A stretch of DNA of 36,725 bases from a virus. This document shows, in pieces, positions 24,724 to 32,801 of the stretch. The position numbers were made by a program, and so were the translations under genes. Within the stretch, counting starts at the first letter, position 1; every line of letters starts with the position of its first letter. The notes below the pieces were generated by a model. The model searched no databases, was not told where the DNA came from, and worked only from the letters and a program-made list of their open reading frames with translations. The stretch is taken from IMG/VR virus record IMGVR_UViG_3300009784_000004; one strand, written 5' to 3'.

Positions 24724-26342
24724 ACGACAACCCAAACGGCAGTGCGAGTGCGGTTGAGTTTTTGTTCGAGCTTGCATCCTACGACAATACGACCACGTAA
24801 TCTTCGAAGCGCGTAACCCAAGTCCTTCGAACTTGGCGCGCGTCCGGGTTGAACACGCGCGAGCTGCTCGATGGCCTCGCGCAGGTCGTCGTAACCGTCC
24901 GGAGGACCATCTGCGGGCGGACGCCCGCGGGGCCATAGGACGTCGATGGCCGTCTTGACCGAAATTCCCTCTGTACCCCCGAGCCGGCGCCAGTGCGTGT
25001 AGAGCGCCGCGATGGCCGAGCCGGTCAGGTCGCTCTCTGGCGTCGTTCGGCACGCCGACACGTCAGCGCCGCCGGCCCAGACGATGGCGCTCGTCACGAC
25101 CCGCGACCAGTCCTCGTAGCTGCCCCACTCGGCAGCCCCGCATGCTGGGCGACCAACAAGGGCGTGAGCTCGTAGGAGCGTGAGCGCCGCGCCGACGTAC
25201 TTCGGCCGCTCCACGAGAGCGTGCTCGGCGAGTCGGGGGAAGCGCCATCCTCCGCGCGTCTCGGGCGTCTCGGTCTGCGGCTCGATGCGCGAGAGGAGCG
25301 CGCGCCTCGTCGTGTCACCCTTGATTTGCACGTTGTTTCCACTCACGAGCATAACGGCGCGCCAAGGTAGATCGCGGCTCTGCGTCAGGCCGAGCACGCG
25401 CAGGCTCACCGCGTCGCTCGTGAGGTACTTGTCGATCGGAGCGCAACCAAAAGGTTGCGTTAGGTTGTCCCAGTGCACGATCGCGCGACCATCGAGCGCA
25501 TAGCTCGCGAGCATCTTCTCTGCCTCTTCTTCCTGCCTCGGGTACGTGCAGAGTGCAGCTATTCGACCTGTCGTAACGAGTGAGATCACCGCCGTCTGCA
25601 GCGACTTGCCCGAGCCCTGCACCGACGCGTCAAAGATGAACGCAGGGACGGGGCCGCGGATGGCAGGACGGCCGATGACTGAGAGGATGGCGGCGATGGG
25701 GACATCGCGCGAGGCCGGAGAAACGTAGGGGAAATCGACGAAGAGATCGCGCAAGAGTGCAAGCGCTTCGCGCGCGTCCTTCTCTGACGGCGCCGTCGAC
25801 AGCGGCACGTCAATGCGTGGACAATGCACGTACTTGGTTTGTGTGTCGTAGCCAGCTACGGTGTGCACAGATCCGTCCGGCCGGAGGATGGGCGTCTCAC
25901 TCACGCCGAGCAGAGGGCGAATGCCGGGATACTTCGCTCGAGCGCTTACCGCCTGCACGATCGCGTCGTTTGGAACGACGGCGCGGTAGCCTATTTTCTG
26001 ACCGCCCACGTCCTTCTCTTTGTCGTCCTTCGCGATCCACAGCGCCACGCGCGTGAGCCGCTCGCGCAGCGTTGCGAGCGGCAGAGCGCGAAGCCTCGAC
26101 ACCTCGCCGAGCTCGGTTTCGAGATCGAGCACCTCGGTGAGCTGCCCATCGCGCTGGTAGAGCGACGGCAGCGCCGAGAGCGCGTCGATCGCGTCGTCGA
26201 CCACGCGGTGTAGATCGACACCGACGCGAATCGTTGCTCGGATGCCGTCCTCGCCCGGCAGGTACGCGGACGGTCGCGCCGACTTATAGCCCGACGCACG
26301 CAGTACGTCGTTGAGCACGTCGCTCTGTCCGCTGTCAGCCAT
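24654..26342 (-). CDS. SF3 / P4-family replicative helicase-like ATPase (562 aa)
   Basis: Walker A in FIFDASVQGSGKSLQ and Walker B-like AIVHWDN. The N-terminal LYQRDGQLTEV ... GIRPLLGVSETPILRPDGSV...GYD pattern is typical of phage/plasmid primase-helicase (P4/D5-like) proteins. No primase motif recognised. Confidence 0.6.
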   Translation of the reverse strand: MADSGQSDVLNDVLRASGYKSARPSAYLPGEDGIRATIRVGVDLHRVVDDAIDALSALPSLYQRDGQLTEVLDLETELGEVSRLRALPLATLRERLTRVALWIAKDDKEKDVGGQKIGYRAVVPNDAIVQAVSARAKYPGIRPLLGVSETPILRPDGSVHTVAGYDTQTKYVHCPRIDVPLSTAPSEKDAREALALLRDLFVDFPYVSPASRDVPIAAILSVIGRPAIRGPVPAFIFDASVQGSGKSLQTAVISLVTTGRIAALCTYPRQEEEAEKMLASYALDGRAIVHWDNLTQPFGCAPIDKYLTSDAVSLRVLGLTQSRDLPWRAVMLVSGNNVQIKGDTTRRALLSRIEPQTETPETRGGWRFPRLAEHALVERPKYVGAALTLLRAHALVGRPACGAAEWGSYEDWSRVVTSAIVWAGGADVSACRTTPESDLTGSAIAALYTHWRRLGGTEGISVKTAIDVLWPRGRPPADGPPDGYDDLREAIEQLARVQPGRAPSSKDLGYALRRLRGRIVVGCKLEQKLNRTRTAVWVVVQVIHSITCASPAPSPAYDPSIL

Positions 26343-26625
26343 CGACCTTCACCGCTTCACCCTGCTGGCGCATCCACTCGATAGCTCGAGCGGGAAGGGG
26401 CGATGACGCGTCTTTGGCGAGTTTGCGAATAATATATATTCCTTGGCGTATATCTACTTTGTAGTTGATATATCCAATTCTCAGGGACGACTTGGCTTGT
26501 TCGAGCTGCCCCGAAAGAGCTATTACTCGATCAAGGAGCGTCTCGAGCTCGCGAGTTTCCTCTTCGATCTTGCTGCATAATGCAAGTATCGCAGCCTTCG
26601 CAATCTGCTCGTCTGTCGGTGTCAT
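26335..26625 (-). CDS. Hypothetical coiled-coil protein (96 aa)
   Basis: ATGA overlap with the upstream gene and an 8-nt overlap with the downstream gene. Confidence 0.5.
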   Translation of the reverse strand: MTPTDEQIAKAAILALCSKIEEETRELETLLDRVIALSGQLEQAKSSLRIGYINYKVDIRQGIYIIRKLAKDASSPLPARAIEWMRQQGEAVKVDG

Positions 26626-26960
26626 CTTGCCCTATCCACCGCTGCCAACGCCTCTTCGACGGTCGTCACGACGCACGCGACGCCACCAGAACGCTCGATG
26701 ATGCCGAGCCAAATCTGTTGCACTCGAGTGACTGTGTGCAACTTGTCTGGCCTCTTAACTTCGAGCGCCAAGAATCGTCCGTGCGGAGGAACGACGCATA
26801 TTAGGTCGGCAACGCCGATGCCTAATCCGGTGTGTAATTGCCTGTTGTCGACATGGTGTTTCCAGCAAGGAATGCATGCTTTGCCGAGCGCAATCCGAAT
26901 GTCCGTCTCAATGGCTCTTTCGGTACGCCTCTTTTCGGGTTTCCGGCGTCGGCCACTCAC
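26622..26960 (-). CDS. VRR-NUC domain nuclease; start uncertain (GTG 26960, or ATG 27023/27020)
   Basis: GIGVADLICVVPPHGRFLALEVKRPDKLHTVTRVQQIWLGIIERSGGVACVVTTVEEA matches the VRR-NUC pattern (G.pDl..., .EvK, Q..W, G....vv.s.eea). Any start overlaps the 3' end of the helicase gene. Confidence 0.65.
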   Translation of the reverse strand: MSGRRRKPEKRRTERAIETDIRIALGKACIPCWKHHVDNRQLHTGLGIGVADLICVVPPHGRFLALEVKRPDKLHTVTRVQQIWLGIIERSGGVACVVTTVEEALAAVDRAR

Positions 26961-28239
26961 CGTATGTGGCCTTGTACCGGTGCGACGCCGACCCGAGCTT
27001 GTAGCCTTTGATTCGTGCATCATGTATCCACCTCGCGAGGGACCAAATACGTTGTTCGTTCGTCTCGGTGCGCTTGCGGACGAAGCGATCGATCGGGAGA
27101 CCGAGCACGCGCGGAGCACGCTTACGGAGCTCGCCCTCGTAGCCACACGTGCATGGCGGCGCGTCTACGACGCCACCGCAAACAGGGCAGAATCGCACGT
27201 CCTGCGCGTCACGACGGCGGAGCGCTTTTCCTTCGAGCGACCAGCACCAGTCGTCCGTCGGCTCGCCTAGATCGTGCGTGCAGCCCGTCAGGTCGACGAC
27301 GATGCAATCGCTCTTACCGTCGCACGGCCGAAGTCCTCGACCTATCGCCTGCAGGAGAGGGACGGCAGAAGCGAAGCGGCGCGCGAGCACGATGGCGCTC
27401 GTACGCGGTGAGTCCCAGCCTTCAAGGAGGATTGAGTGATTGCAGAGTACATTGATGTCTCCCAGGTCGTACTGCGCGAGAACTTCAGCGCGCTCCCTCG
27501 ACGACATTCCGCTGTGAATTGCGGCGGCTCGACATCGTTCTCCGGTGCGCGTTGAGAGCTCGATCGCGAGTGTTTGCGCTTCCTCGACAGAGGAGCAGAA
27601 GACGATTGTGCTGCGCGGAATTCGCCTCCCATACGCAAAGCCGCCGAACACTCCACGATCGCCGAACACATCGATCGGATCTTGCGCGAGCTCGCCGGGA
27701 GCAAGCGCATGGTCGGGCCGGTAGATCTGTCCGTACGGCACGAGCCACCCCTCATCGATGGCTTGACGCGTCGTGAGCGGTTCGAACAAGGTGTCGAACA
27801 TCTGTTCGAGCCCTCGCCCGTCCCCACGTGCAGGTGTCGCGTCGAGGCCTAGCACCTTCGCCGTGGGGTATGCCTCACGCAGCTTGCTCCACTCGTCAGA
27901 GAGGTAGTGTCGCGCCTCGTCGAGGACAATAACGTCTGGCCTCCACTTTCCGCCGGACGAACTAGCGTCAATTAGATAATCGCACGCTTCAAGCAACTGA
28001 ATCGTCGCGACGCGCCAACGCTCGATGTCGCGACGCCTTACCCACTGATTAGCAATCTCTCTTCGGGGGGCAACAACGAGAACGTTCTTGTCTCCGTCTG
28101 CCATCCGGAAAGCGACGTGAATTCCCACCGTCGTCTTGCCCGTGCCAGTGGGCATGACGACAAGCACGCCTTTGGCGCCTCCGCGGAAGGCGGCGAGCGT
28201 CTCGCCGACGGCCGTCTGCTGGTATGGTCGGAGGGTCAC
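26908..28239 (-). CDS. SF2 DEAD/DEAH-box DNA helicase (443 aa) with a C-terminal zinc ribbon
   Basis: Motif I MPTGTGKT, motif II DEARH, motif III DATP, motif VI QAIGRGLR. C-terminal CPVCGG...CTC. GAGAGG RBS before the GTG at 28239. Confidence 0.85.
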   Translation of the reverse strand: MTLRPYQQTAVGETLAAFRGGAKGVLVVMPTGTGKTTVGIHVAFRMADGDKNVLVVAPRREIANQWVRRRDIERWRVATIQLLEACDYLIDASSSGGKWRPDVIVLDEARHYLSDEWSKLREAYPTAKVLGLDATPARGDGRGLEQMFDTLFEPLTTRQAIDEGWLVPYGQIYRPDHALAPGELAQDPIDVFGDRGVFGGFAYGRRIPRSTIVFCSSVEEAQTLAIELSTRTGERCRAAAIHSGMSSRERAEVLAQYDLGDINVLCNHSILLEGWDSPRTSAIVLARRFASAVPLLQAIGRGLRPCDGKSDCIVVDLTGCTHDLGEPTDDWCWSLEGKALRRRDAQDVRFCPVCGGVVDAPPCTCGYEGELRKRAPRVLGLPIDRFVRKRTETNEQRIWSLARWIHDARIKGYKLGSASHRYKATYGEWPTPETRKEAYRKSH

Positions 28240-28484
28240 GGCTTTACCTCTCGTATCGTGAATTCTACACGGATTTCAAAAACGTGCCCTATCCCGTCAG
28301 GAGTGACGAGACTGAGCTTTTCTTTTTTCCAGCAGTCAGATTTTGGCCAGTCTATTCTGGAAATCATGGCCGCCATATCACGTGACGAAAACGTTCGCGT
28401 TCTTAGAACGAACGTCTTGGCGTCCTCGCGTGTCTCGTTACGGTCAGGCCACCAGTATAGCCAGGCATGTCCCTCTTCATTCAA
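28236..28484 (-). CDS. Hypothetical protein (82 aa), AT-richer than its neighbours
   Basis: TTG start at 28484, supported by CAGGAGG 5 nt upstream and a TTGA overlap with the upstream stop. Confidence 0.5.
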   Translation of the reverse strand: MNEEGHAWLYWWPDRNETREDAKTFVLRTRTFSSRDMAAMISRIDWPKSDCWKKEKLSLVTPDGIGHVFEIRVEFTIREVKP

Positions 28485-28852
28485 GGCAACCTCCTGTATT
28501 TGTATTCGATCGCTGCACGTCGGCCCTCAGTCTCCACGTCTTCGGAGATGGTGATCGTGGTCTGCCGCTCGGCCTGCTGCGCAACGACCTTTTTCCTTTT
28601 CTTCGTTTTCGCCGCCTTCTCTGCCCTTAAATGTGCCGCCCACCATTTGGCGAGCTCGGGGCCGACGGGAACGATGGCGGTCACGCACACCACGTTCTTG
28701 ATCTCGCAGAGCCGGTGAACCAGGTAGTCCGTCGTCGCGCAGGCATGCCATGCGAGAGGTGGGGTTGGGCCCTTGAGCGTTGGCGCGCGGTCAATCCAGA
28801 TCGCCAGCAGGCCTCCCCAGGTGCCCTCATGCGAGACGTATGCGGTCGTCAT
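28481..28852 (-). CDS. Hypothetical protein (123 aa) with a Lys-rich C-terminal segment
   Basis: I chose the ATG at 28852 (MTTAYVSH...), with TGGAGG 6 nt upstream and an ATGA overlap with the upstream gene. Confidence 0.5.
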   Translation of the reverse strand: MTTAYVSHEGTWGGLLAIWIDRAPTLKGPTPPLAWHACATTDYLVHRLCEIKNVVCVTAIVPVGPELAKWWAAHLRAEKAAKTKKRKKVVAQQAERQTTITISEDVETEGRRAAIEYKYRRLP

Positions 28853-29046
28853 TGGCGGCCTCCAAACTCGTGCACTATGCACGGATATTCGAGAATTGGT
28901 TCAGACGACAACCCGTGTAAAACACGGTGTTTTTGTGGTGTTCTGCGACGGCGCCGTCGCTCGAGCACACACATGGCGAGGACCGCGGCGAGGCCTCCAA
29001 GGCCGAAGCCAAACAAGAGGAGGCCGGCAACCAAGACGGCACTCAC
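28849..29046 (-). CDS. Small single-TM protein (65 aa)
   Basis: GTG at 29046 overlaps the upstream stop (GTGA). The product VSAVLVAGLLLFGFGLGGLAAVLAMCVL is followed by RRRRRR. The ORF-track version (start 29163) has an Arg-rich extension that overlaps the 37-aa ORF. Confidence 0.45.
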   Translation of the reverse strand: MSAVLVAGLLLFGFGLGGLAAVLAMCVLERRRRRRTPQKHRVLHGLSSEPILEYPCIVHEFGGRQ

Positions 29047-29156
29047 GGCTGCCTCCGATCGGACTGGACGAACCACGCGTAGAGCACGGCGGCCGCGATG
29101 CCGATGACGAGCCAGTCTGGCAACGCTTCGAGCGCATCGAAGTAGGCGCGGATCAT
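29043..29156 (-). CDS. Micro-ORF, single-TM peptide (37 aa), not in the ORF track
   Basis: ATG at 29156 overlaps the cro-like stop (ATGA), with CAGGAGG 7 nt upstream. Hand translation gives MIRAYFDALEALPDWLVIGIAAAVLYAWFVQSDRRQP. Confidence 0.45.
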   Translation of the reverse strand: MIRAYFDALEALPDWLVIGIAAAVLYAWFVQSDRRQP

Positions 29157-29392
29157 GACGCAACCTCCTGGTTGCTAGGTCGAGGCCTGCGCGGGAGGTC
29201 GGCGCGCACTTCGCCTTTGCTCCACCGCTCGATCTGTTCGCGCGTTTTGTGTCGTGGGTAGCTGCCCTGGCACCAGTAGTGGATCGAAGAGAAGGAGCGT
29301 CGCAGTGCGAAGGCCGCCTGCAATTTCGCGCCCTGATTTGGGTAGCGACGCAACAAATACGCGCTGAAAACTTCCGACCAGGTCATGCACAT
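29153..29392 (-). CDS. Cro/YdaS-like HTH regulator (77-79 aa), first gene of the leftward operon
   Basis: GAKLQAAFALRRSFSSIHYWCQGSYPRHKTREQIERWSKGEVRADL aligns with the YdaS/Cro pattern (...LA..LGVs..AV..W......P.....IE..T.G.V....L). Divergent from the CI-like gene. ATGs at 29392 and 29386. Confidence 0.6.
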   Translation of the reverse strand: MCMTWSEVFSAYLLRRYPNQGAKLQAAFALRRSFSSIHYWCQGSYPRHKTREQIERWSKGEVRADLPRRPRPSNQEVAS

Positions 29393-29396
29393 TCGT

Positions 29397-29436
29397 ATTC
29401 TGATTTGAATGTCGGCGTCAACCGCGAAATCAGAAT
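29397..29436. promoter_or_regulatory. Operator: perfect 10-bp inverted repeat ATTCTGATTT-N20-AAATCAGAAT in the divergent switch region
   Basis: Arms at 29397-29406 and 29427-29436. A minus-strand TTGACG (29421-29416) sits between the arms. The left arm abuts the cro-like start. Confidence 0.65.
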
Positions 29437-29467
29437 CCGAAGGCTACGGGTGGATACGGTGCCTTTG

Positions 29468-29953
29468 ATGGCGAAGGAGATCGAGCCGGTGAGTGAATTT
29501 CTTCGGCACCTCATCGCGCAGTGGGAAGCCGAAGGAAAAATGATCAAGGACTTAGCCGCTGAAGCGGGCGTCGCTCAGTCCTTGCCTTCGCAGCTCAAAG
29601 CACGAACAACCAACGCCTCTTTCTACTCCGCAACCAAACTGGCGAAGCCGTTCGGGTTCCCCGATCTCGCGGCGCTCGTATCGGCTGCTCTAGCATGGGA
29701 CGGAACAACCGGCGTCTCGGCGCTACATCTCGCGACGTCCTCACGCACTGAAGCGGTCCGTATTGCCGAGCGGTACGGAGCAACCACGGAACAAATCTCG
29801 CGCGCGCTGCAACGCTATCCAGAAGCTGATTTCGCGCGCAAGGACACTCTTTGGTGGCTTGCGCGCATTCAGGACGAACGCGCACTGGATGCAGAGCGGG
29901 AGGCGGTAACACCCGCTGCCACGACTTACCGATCGCGGCGTAAGTCAGGGTAG
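29468..29953 (+). CDS. CI-like HTH repressor candidate (161 aa), no S24 peptidase domain
   Basis: I chose the ATG at 29468 (MAKEIEPV...). MIKDLAAEAGVAQSLPSQLKA is an XRE-type HTH. Divergent from the cro-like gene. No Ser/Lys autocleavage-domain motifs seen. Confidence 0.55.
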   Translation: MAKEIEPVSEFLRHLIAQWEAEGKMIKDLAAEAGVAQSLPSQLKARTTNASFYSATKLAKPFGFPDLAALVSAALAWDGTTGVSALHLATSSRTEAVRIAERYGATTEQISRALQRYPEADFARKDTLWWLARIQDERALDAEREAVTPAATTYRSRRKSG

Positions 29954-30053
29954 CTCATCTACTGCGTCATGTCGTCGACGAGCGCAGCACCTGCTCGCGA
30001 TCGGGCCGGTTCGGGCTAGATGTCGCAGTCAAAACAAAATGTTGTTTTGATCG

Positions 30054-30082
30054 TTGACACAACCGAATCAGAATCATAATGT
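30054..30082 (+). promoter_or_regulatory. Sigma70-type promoter of the rightward early operon, with an operator half-site in the spacer
   Basis: TTGACA (30054-30059), 17-nt spacer, TAATGT (30077-30082). AATCAGAAT lies at 30066-30074. Confidence 0.6.
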
Positions 30083-30104
30083 GAAGGCGAAAGGAACGGA
30101 CACT

Positions 30105-30272
30105 ATGACCTCCGTGGCCAAAGCTCTTCGCGCTCGCATCACCGCCACCTACGCCGAGCTCTCCGAGCTCCGAGCCACCAAGCCACGCAACTGGGAGCTG
30201 AAGGCAAGGTGCGTGAACCAGACGCTCGTGGCGCTCGAGCGGCAGCTGACGGAGATGGTGCTGGGAGCGTGA
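30105..30272 (+). CDS. Small coiled-coil hypothetical protein (55 aa)
   Basis: The ATG at 30105 lies downstream of the promoter. The ORF-track TTG start at 30054 coincides with the -35 box, so I rejected it. Confidence 0.45.
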   Translation: MTSVAKALRARITATYAELSELRATKPRNWELKARCVNQTLVALERQLTEMVLGA

Positions 30273-30296
30273 GGAAGTGGTGAGAAGGAGGATGAC

Positions 30297-30746
30297 ATGC
30301 AGTCTTTGACCGATTTTCTAAATGAGAGTGAAGTCCCCGTCGCGGACCATAATAGGAGTTTGGTGCTGGTTGCGTCCGCGATCGCCCGCACCATGCTCGA
30401 CCTATTCCCTGAGGGAGAGGTTCGGCCACTGCATGCTATCGAGGCAGCAGAGCGGTGGGCCCGTGGAGAGGACGTGTCGAGCGACGAGCTCCGCGACGCC
30501 CACGACGCTGCATGTAAGTACGCCTATGACGCGCATGTCTCCGTCATCCATGCTGCGACTGCCTCTGCCGAGGCCGCGAGAGCTGCCCGCGCTGCTTGCA
30601 GCAGCGACGGGCATGTCGTGCTGGCTGTCGCGAACGCGGCAAGACAAGCCGCCTACGGGCTCACCTCTACCAGGCGCATGAGCAAGGAGCACATAGCGAT
30701 TGTGCGCAAGTATTTCCCTAGCTGCCCGGAGTCGTTGGTTGCGTGA
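30297..30746 (+). CDS. Helical hypothetical protein (149 aa), possibly Imm-5-like
   Basis: GAAGGAGGA RBS. The segment AIEAAERWARGEDVSSDELRDAHDAACKYA recalls the conserved core of Imm-5-like putative immunity proteins. Called from memory, weak. Confidence 0.5.
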   Translation: MQSLTDFLNESEVPVADHNRSLVLVASAIARTMLDLFPEGEVRPLHAIEAAERWARGEDVSSDELRDAHDAACKYAYDAHVSVIHAATASAEAARAARAACSSDGHVVLAVANAARQAAYGLTSTRRMSKEHIAIVRKYFPSCPESLVA

Positions 30747-30793
30747 AGAGATGGATGGGGCCCTCCGGGGCCCCACCCGAAAGGAGAGGTGAC

Positions 30794-31024
30794 ATGCAAA
30801 GCACCAAATGGTTGCACGGCGCGAAGCGCCGGAGAGTGCACGCAAAGTTCAGGGCGCGCCTTCTTGGGCTTCTCGGTCAAGAGCCTGAGGGCAAGAGCCG
30901 GACCTGGGACGATAAGTACCCTGAGACCACCGGCGAGCTGCTTTGCAAGTGCCGCCATCTGTACCTGAGGCCAGGATACGAGAAGGAGAGGGGGCGGCTA
31001 TGGGACGGCGTGGAGAGTCGGTGA
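30794..31024 (+). CDS. Hypothetical basic protein (76 aa)
   Basis: ATG at 30794 with GAAAGGAGAGG upstream. Confidence 0.45.
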   Translation: MQSTKWLHGAKRRRVHAKFRARLLGLLGQEPEGKSRTWDDKYPETTGELLCKCRHLYLRPGYEKERGRLWDGVESR

Positions 31025-31179
31025 AGACATGCTCGTGCGGTGCCAAGTATCCACCGTCAAGGTGGAAGCGGCTGAAGAAGCTCCAAGACTGGGAGATGGC
31101 AGGCATGACTCTCGAGCTGCGGAATTGTTCTCGATGCCATTCTACGATGGCGCGAGAGAAAGAGGGGGTAACGCCGTGA
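31000..31179 (+). CDS. Small zinc-ribbon protein (59 aa)
   Basis: ATG at 31000 with GAGAAGGAGAGGGGG upstream. CSC...CSRC Cys pairs. Confidence 0.45.
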   Translation: MGRRGESVKTCSCGAKYPPSRWKRLKKLQDWEMAGMTLELRNCSRCHSTMAREKEGVTP

Positions 31180-31361
31180 CCGTCAACGAGGATGGCGGCG
31201 TGACCATCACGCTGGACGCGGGAGACAGGGCTCTAATTGAGGCGCTCTGCAAGCTGGTAAGAGAACGATACTGCGAAAGCCTCACCGGGGATGAGATGGT
31301 TTCCGCCGTATTGCGGCGGCATTGTGAACTCTTGACCGGGGGGAAAGAGCTGGCGATATGA
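31176..31361 (+). CDS. Hypothetical protein (61 aa)
   Basis: GTG at 31176 forms a GTGA overlap with the upstream stop. Confidence 0.4.
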   Translation: MTVNEDGGVTITLDAGDRALIEALCKLVRERYCESLTGDEMVSAVLRRHCELLTGGKELAI

Positions 31362-31552
31362 TCCGCCGGCTCGAAACCAACGAGAGAAATTCTCGCCTCT
31401 ATGCAGGATGGTGCATGTCCCTCGCGCAGGCTGGGACGAGTGTTCCGCGCATCGACGTCGACATGTTGATTCGCGTCTTCGAGCTCGGCGAGACGTGGGC
31501 GTGTTGCGCCCAGAAATGGGCGAAAAGGAAAGGTAGGAAGTCATGGGACTAG
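31358..31552 (+). CDS. Hypothetical protein (64 aa)
   Basis: ATGA overlap with the upstream gene. Confidence 0.45.
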   Translation: MIRRLETNERNSRLYAGWCMSLAQAGTSVPRIDVDMLIRVFELGETWACCAQKWAKRKGRKSWD

Positions 31553-32580
31553 AGAGAAAAAAACTAAACGTACTCACGCATTCCAGCGTCGCGTGCTTTC
31601 GGCGCTGTCCGCGCGAGTACAAGTATCGCTACGTGATGCTGCGCCGAGTGCGTGCAGGAGACGAGGCGCCGGCGTTGAAGTTCGGCACTCTCATGCACGC
31701 GGCGATGGCGGAATGGTGGAAGCATCGGATAGGTGGTGCTGCGGGATGCGCTCTGGACATGGGCCTGCGCCCTCTCTGCGGACAGGGCGATCCGTACGAG
31801 CGCGCCAAGGCACAGGAGCTCCTCATTGCGTATGACGCGTATTGGGACGATTCGCCGCTGGGCACTCACCTGCACGTTATTGGTGTGCGAGTCGAGCAGG
31901 AATTCGCGGCGCCTATTCTATCCCCGCTCGGCAAGCCTTCTCTGCGTTATGTTTACGCCGGCAAGGTCGACGCGGTCGTGACCGCTCTTGTGCAACCCGA
32001 CCGACTCACGCAACTAGTCGTCGAGCATAAGACGACGAGTGAAGACCCGAGCCCAGAGACCCATTACTGGGAGATGGCGGCCGTGATGGATCCACAGGTC
32101 ACGGGATATCTCGACGCGTACCCCGGAGCCGAAATGCTCTACGATGTCATCCGCAAGGTAGATCTGCGGCCGGGGAAGGCCACCCCGGAAGACCGGCGCA
32201 AGTACCGCAAGGATGGCGGTCTCATCGCCTCGCAGCGTGCAGAAGATGAGACGCCAGAAGAGTATCAGGTGAGGGTGCGCGAGGAGATTAAGGGGCACCC
32301 CGAGAAGTATTTCCATCGAGGTAGGATCGTGAGGCTGTCTCGCGACTCGGCACAGCATCGAGCCGACCTATGGCTAACCTGTCTTCTCATCGATGACGCG
32401 TTGGAGGTGGATGGTTTCGTTCGCCACCCCCACTCATGTGTTCGTTATAGCAGGCTCTGCGAGTATTTCGACGTCTGCTCGGGACAGACATCAATCGACA
32501 GCGATGACCGATTCCGCACCGCGGATAGGCCGCACGAAGAGTTGAGTGCGGAGATAAGCGAGAAAGGAGAAGGCGCATGA
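31543..32580 (+). CDS. PD-(D/E)XK exonuclease, Cas4/RecB-family with Cys cluster (345 aa)
   Basis: GKVDAVV ... VVEHKTTS (D...ExK), then QVTGY (QxxxY). N-terminal Cys residues (ACFRRCPREY) plus C-terminal CVRYSRLCEYFDVC suggest an Fe-S cluster. AAAGGTAGGAAG RBS. Confidence 0.75.
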   Translation: MGLERKKLNVLTHSSVACFRRCPREYKYRYVMLRRVRAGDEAPALKFGTLMHAAMAEWWKHRIGGAAGCALDMGLRPLCGQGDPYERAKAQELLIAYDAYWDDSPLGTHLHVIGVRVEQEFAAPILSPLGKPSLRYVYAGKVDAVVTALVQPDRLTQLVVEHKTTSEDPSPETHYWEMAAVMDPQVTGYLDAYPGAEMLYDVIRKVDLRPGKATPEDRRKYRKDGGLIASQRAEDETPEEYQVRVREEIKGHPEKYFHRGRIVRLSRDSAQHRADLWLTCLLIDDALEVDGFVRHPHSCVRYSRLCEYFDVCSGQTSIDSDDRFRTADRPHEELSAEISEKGEGA

Positions 32581-32801
32581 AAGGCGAAGAATATCCCTCC
32601 GACGCCGAGATGTCGAAGGTAGAGGAATTGTTGAGCGGGACGGATGATCGCATAGGGTATATTCCTAGCGAATCTCCGGCCTACGACGAGCTTCACGCGG
32701 CAAGGCATGGATTGCAGTCCGCGCGCAAACATGCGCGACATGCGCGCAACATGATGTTTGCAGCGCGAGGAAGGCTGGGGGCGCGCTATGAAAACGCGTA
32801 A
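32577..32801 (+). CDS. Hypothetical protein (74 aa)
   Basis: ATGA overlap with the exonuclease stop. Confidence 0.45.
   Translation: MKGEEYPSDAEMSKVEELLSGTDDRIGYIPSESPAYDELHAARHGLQSARKHARHARNMMFAARGRLGARYENA

Noticed and set aside
28913-28934. A second plus-strand terminator-like hairpin (CCGTGT-AAA-ACACGG followed by TGTTTTT) inside the 65-aa TM ORF.
   Set aside because: The stem is only 6 bp with a 3-nt loop and lies within coding sequence, so it is likely chance.
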